Shown: positions 61,391-64,000 of the stretch, piece by piece | Numbering within the stretch: position 1 is the stretch's first letter | How the letters are laid out: every line of letters starts with the position of its first letter | Assembly (NCBI GenBank): GCA_965645245.1 | Contig: OZ287069.1 | Span: forward strand, 2,852,001 to 2,916,000 | Length of the DNA: 64,000 nt | Origin: Massalongia carnosa | Taxonomy: Eukaryota | Direction: 5' to 3' | Translations under genes and position numbers: made by a program | The notes under the pieces: model-generated | The model's database searches: none | Told to the model about the DNA's origin: nothing | Seen by the model: only the letters and a program-made list of their open reading frames with translations

Positions 61391-62600
61391 TCTCCCCTTC
61401 GGTGACGGGTGGGTGTCGGAGGTGAATCGGGGGGTGGGTGAGCACTCCGTGCGGTTTCACCAAAGCACACACATCGCGACGAAAGTTGAGTATCGAAAGA
61501 ACGAACCACAAACGCCATAGTTCTCGAGGTGTTTCCTGAAGGACACAGTCATAGGAGGAGTAGCTCCTAATCTGGGGGTCGAGGAAGAGTCGAACTGCCA
61601 CAAACGCGAAAGGGGTGACGCCCGACAGTCCTCGTACCCGTACGAGGGCCGACACGTTTACGATTCGACTACGAAGCGATTTACCGGGTGGAAAACAGAG
61701 TTTTCGGTCACACCAAAGAGCACGAGAGTATTGCTCCCATCGAAGTAAGAGCTTGGGAAGGCGGACGAGTCGGCACAGCCTCGAGGGGTCCTCGGAGGGA
61801 GCACATGGGAAGGCGGGCGAGTCGGTACAGCCTGAAAAGGAATAATGAGGCATAAGGGACTCCCGTTGGGGCTCGTTTGTGACGGCTATGTCACCGACGA
61901 CCTCACCGCGGCCGGTGTACGTATATGACTTCAGGAATAGTCCTTGCTACTCTACAAGCTTGGTGCCCTAGTTCTTTTCGAAGAACGGTCAAACTACGAC
62001 ACGGTATTGAGGCCTGGTGGAAGGTGCACTTCTCTACCTTATTATTCTCGGAAAGGCCTCTGACCCATGGTTTTCGAGGTGGATGCAACGAGGTCATCTG
62101 ACCCATGACTTATAACGAAGGCGTATGCACATTCGGTCGACTTGAAGGGATAGAGGTGACGACATCGACACGTACGAGCAGCGATAGGCATGTCGAGGGC
62201 GATAGACACACAAAAACAGTCAAAAGTGGGAGCAGGAATACATCTGGATTTGATTTCGATCTACTGGATGACCCGGCTCGGAGGGGATACGGGGGTCTTC
62301 CGCTGAGTCCCCGCTGGATAACGATTCGAGATCAAAACGACCAAGGCTCAAAAAAGTCCCTACCCTGACCATAGTGCGCGATTCATCGTGCCATTTCTTT
62401 TTCTTTCTGGTCATGCAGTCCGCATAGACGTCCGAATCCGTTCCGGCCCCAAGGAGTCGGTGATGGAGTGTTGAAACACAGGGTTTTTGTCACCTCGTAA
62501 GGTTTTTTCACCCCTGTATATAGCCCCATAGATGTGCCCGCATGGGCCGTCCTTCGGACGGTGCCACATCGGAGAATGAATTATCATCATCATCATCATC
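61318..62600 (+). mobile_element. Non-autonomous non-LTR retroelement (SINE/SIDE-like) with 5' HDV-like ribozyme and Tad1-LINE-like 3' tail
   Basis: 14-bp TSD ATATCCGATGCCAC at 61304-61317 and 62601-62614; (CAT)n tail 62583-62600; the 3' ~200 nt resembles the LINE 3' UTR at 7470-7680; no RT or gag coding inside. Confidence 0.88.
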
Positions 62601-64000
62601 ATATCCGATGCCACACGTTCGCCCCAGAAGTGAGCCATCTCCCAATCCTCGAGCTTTATGTACGCCTGGACGATGTTCCAGTTGAGCTGCGAGCCAAGTT
62701 TGTGTCGAAGGAGATCTCCTCGTTGGCCGGCAAGCTTGCCCTCAAGCGGCGTGGTGGCGAAGTAGCCGTCGAGCAGTACTGCGTATGTTCGCCCGTCGAT
62801 AATGGTATGCATAGCTTCATATGCTTCATGGTACTTCTGGATGCTTAGCATAAAGCCTCCAGCCTTGAAGGCAGCGTTGCCTTCTAGCTTCAGTTTTCCG
62901 GCATTCTCAAGAAAATCTGTGGGAGTTGGATTCGGGATTTTCATGGCTTTCTTCAGTTGCTTTTCTGCCGATTTCAGTTTGCAACCTTCGATCGAGACAT
63001 TGCGAATATGCTTCAGTATGGCAAATGGCATCAACAGCGATTCTTGCAATAGTTTAGGGGGAACCGTAGGCTTCGTTGCATACGAGTCCTTGATAATCAA
63101 TTGAAGAAATATGCCCCGAAAAAAGCCGAATTCCTGATAGTCAAAATAATATAATAATTTGCACAGCTGAGGAAGATCGTCTACACATGTGATGTAGGTT
63201 TAAAGTGTTTTTGATTTGACGTCGACTATAAGATCTAGGCGAACGGAGAGGTGGTATTACTTGAAAGATGTTGCTTTTGCGCCCTGGCCTATTATGGGAA
63301 ATTTCCCTGACAAGGGACTTGAAATCTCTCCAAGCCGTGGTAATCTAGATGAACTTGTTCTTGTGAAAAACGCCCTTGGCTTCATCGTGAATCTGCCGAT
63401 TTGTACGGAGGATAGCCACAACGAGATCATAGCAAGAAAAGCCAAACTCAACGTACCGTTTAGTGCGCCTGGTGGAAAGCAAGTTGCTGTAGACTTGCAG
63501 ACGAAGCTCCAATGGTAGACCGAGGAACCTGAACCCATTCAGCAACTGGTGGTGTTCCTTGAAGCTATCAAACTTTGGAGATCCAGGATCTGGCGATATG
63601 ACAGGATTATCAATTACTACAGAAGGGGAGGAGCGGGAGAGAACTTTCTTCCAACGTAAGGTTACGGGATCTAATACATATCTAGGGCATTTTTTCAACC
63701 TCGTGTTGAGTCCAGCAAAAAAAAAAATTGGGAGTTATATCTAAGTTGCCCATGTTCTTATGTATGAGGGTTCACAAAAACATTGATAGCAAGGACGAAT
63801 TAGGCATAGGGGAAGCTTTATTAGCATTTGTACCTCACAAATCTCTTGAAACGTGCCGAGTTTTACCACATCAATCATACTTTATGTTCACTGGGAAAGA
63901 ACCCAATTTGTAAAATACGAGTTGAATTTCATTGCAACGAGCATTAGTTATGAAAGCTATCGCCGAGGTGCTATCGCAAGATGCGTGGTGTGCGCCATGT

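Larger units (their letters stand above)
61100..63698 (-). pseudogene. F-box-like + TPR-containing gene, disrupted and split by a retro-insertion
   Basis: FRFLGLPLELRLQVYSNLL and AGKLKLEGNAAFKAG..SIQKYHEA (TPR). The frame ...WGERVASD at the right junction continues as VASDIEHRNVH beyond the left junction. Frameshifts/stops present; 3' end approximate. Confidence 0.7.

Noticed and set aside
61353..61853. 166-aa minus-strand ORF and other ORFs inside the insert
   Set aside because: No recognisable domain and atypical composition; probably chance ORFs in GC-rich sequence.
61660..61945. GACTA...TAGTC as a possible group I intron P7 pair
   Set aside because: Only a 5-bp match; no convincing P3-P6 core or splice sites found.
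61889..62215. TGTCAC...GACA segment as a possible solo LTR
   Set aside because: No 4-6 bp TSD, PBS or second copy; it lies inside the TSD-bounded non-LTR element.
61391..62600. Additional hammerhead ribozymes in the element
   Set aside because: No CUGANGA core found on either strand by eye.
62411..62602. Poly-Met tract and C-terminus of the 229-aa ORF
   Set aside because: Artefact of reading the inserted element's (CAT)n tail in antisense.

Overview
Eukaryotic genomic DNA from a filamentous ascomycete (Pezizomycotina; spliceosomal introns with GT..CTAAC..AG signals). The first ~28 kb is accessory-like. It holds decayed genes (PD-(D/E)XK-like, C2H2 + DEDDh exonuclease, MFS sugar transporter), an intact HAL3/PPCDC, a GTPBP1/2-like GTPase, a C2H2 factor, a near-intact Tad1-clade LINE with a 12-bp TSD (7447-12620) and a TA-flanked Tc1/mariner element (19442-20689). 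A dense housekeeping block follows at ~29-55 kb: PKR1, SmD1, MTQ2, SDH7, an F-box protein, RMT2, PUP1, NUP159, a pseudokinase, OST1 and a pseudouridine glycosidase-kinase fusion. After it lies an internally deleted Mutator-like element with a 9-bp TSD (55437-56616). The most striking object is a 1.28-kb apparently non-coding insertion (61318-62600) bounded by a 14-bp TSD that splits a TPR gene. It begins exactly at G1 of an HDV-like self-cleaving ribozyme fold. It ends in a structured 3' tail plus (CAT)n homologous, with compensatory base changes, to the 3' UTR of the LINE in this window. It is a candidate ribozyme-headed non-autonomous retroelement mobilised by Tad1-type LINEs. All calls come from reading the sequence; no database searches or folding programs were run.
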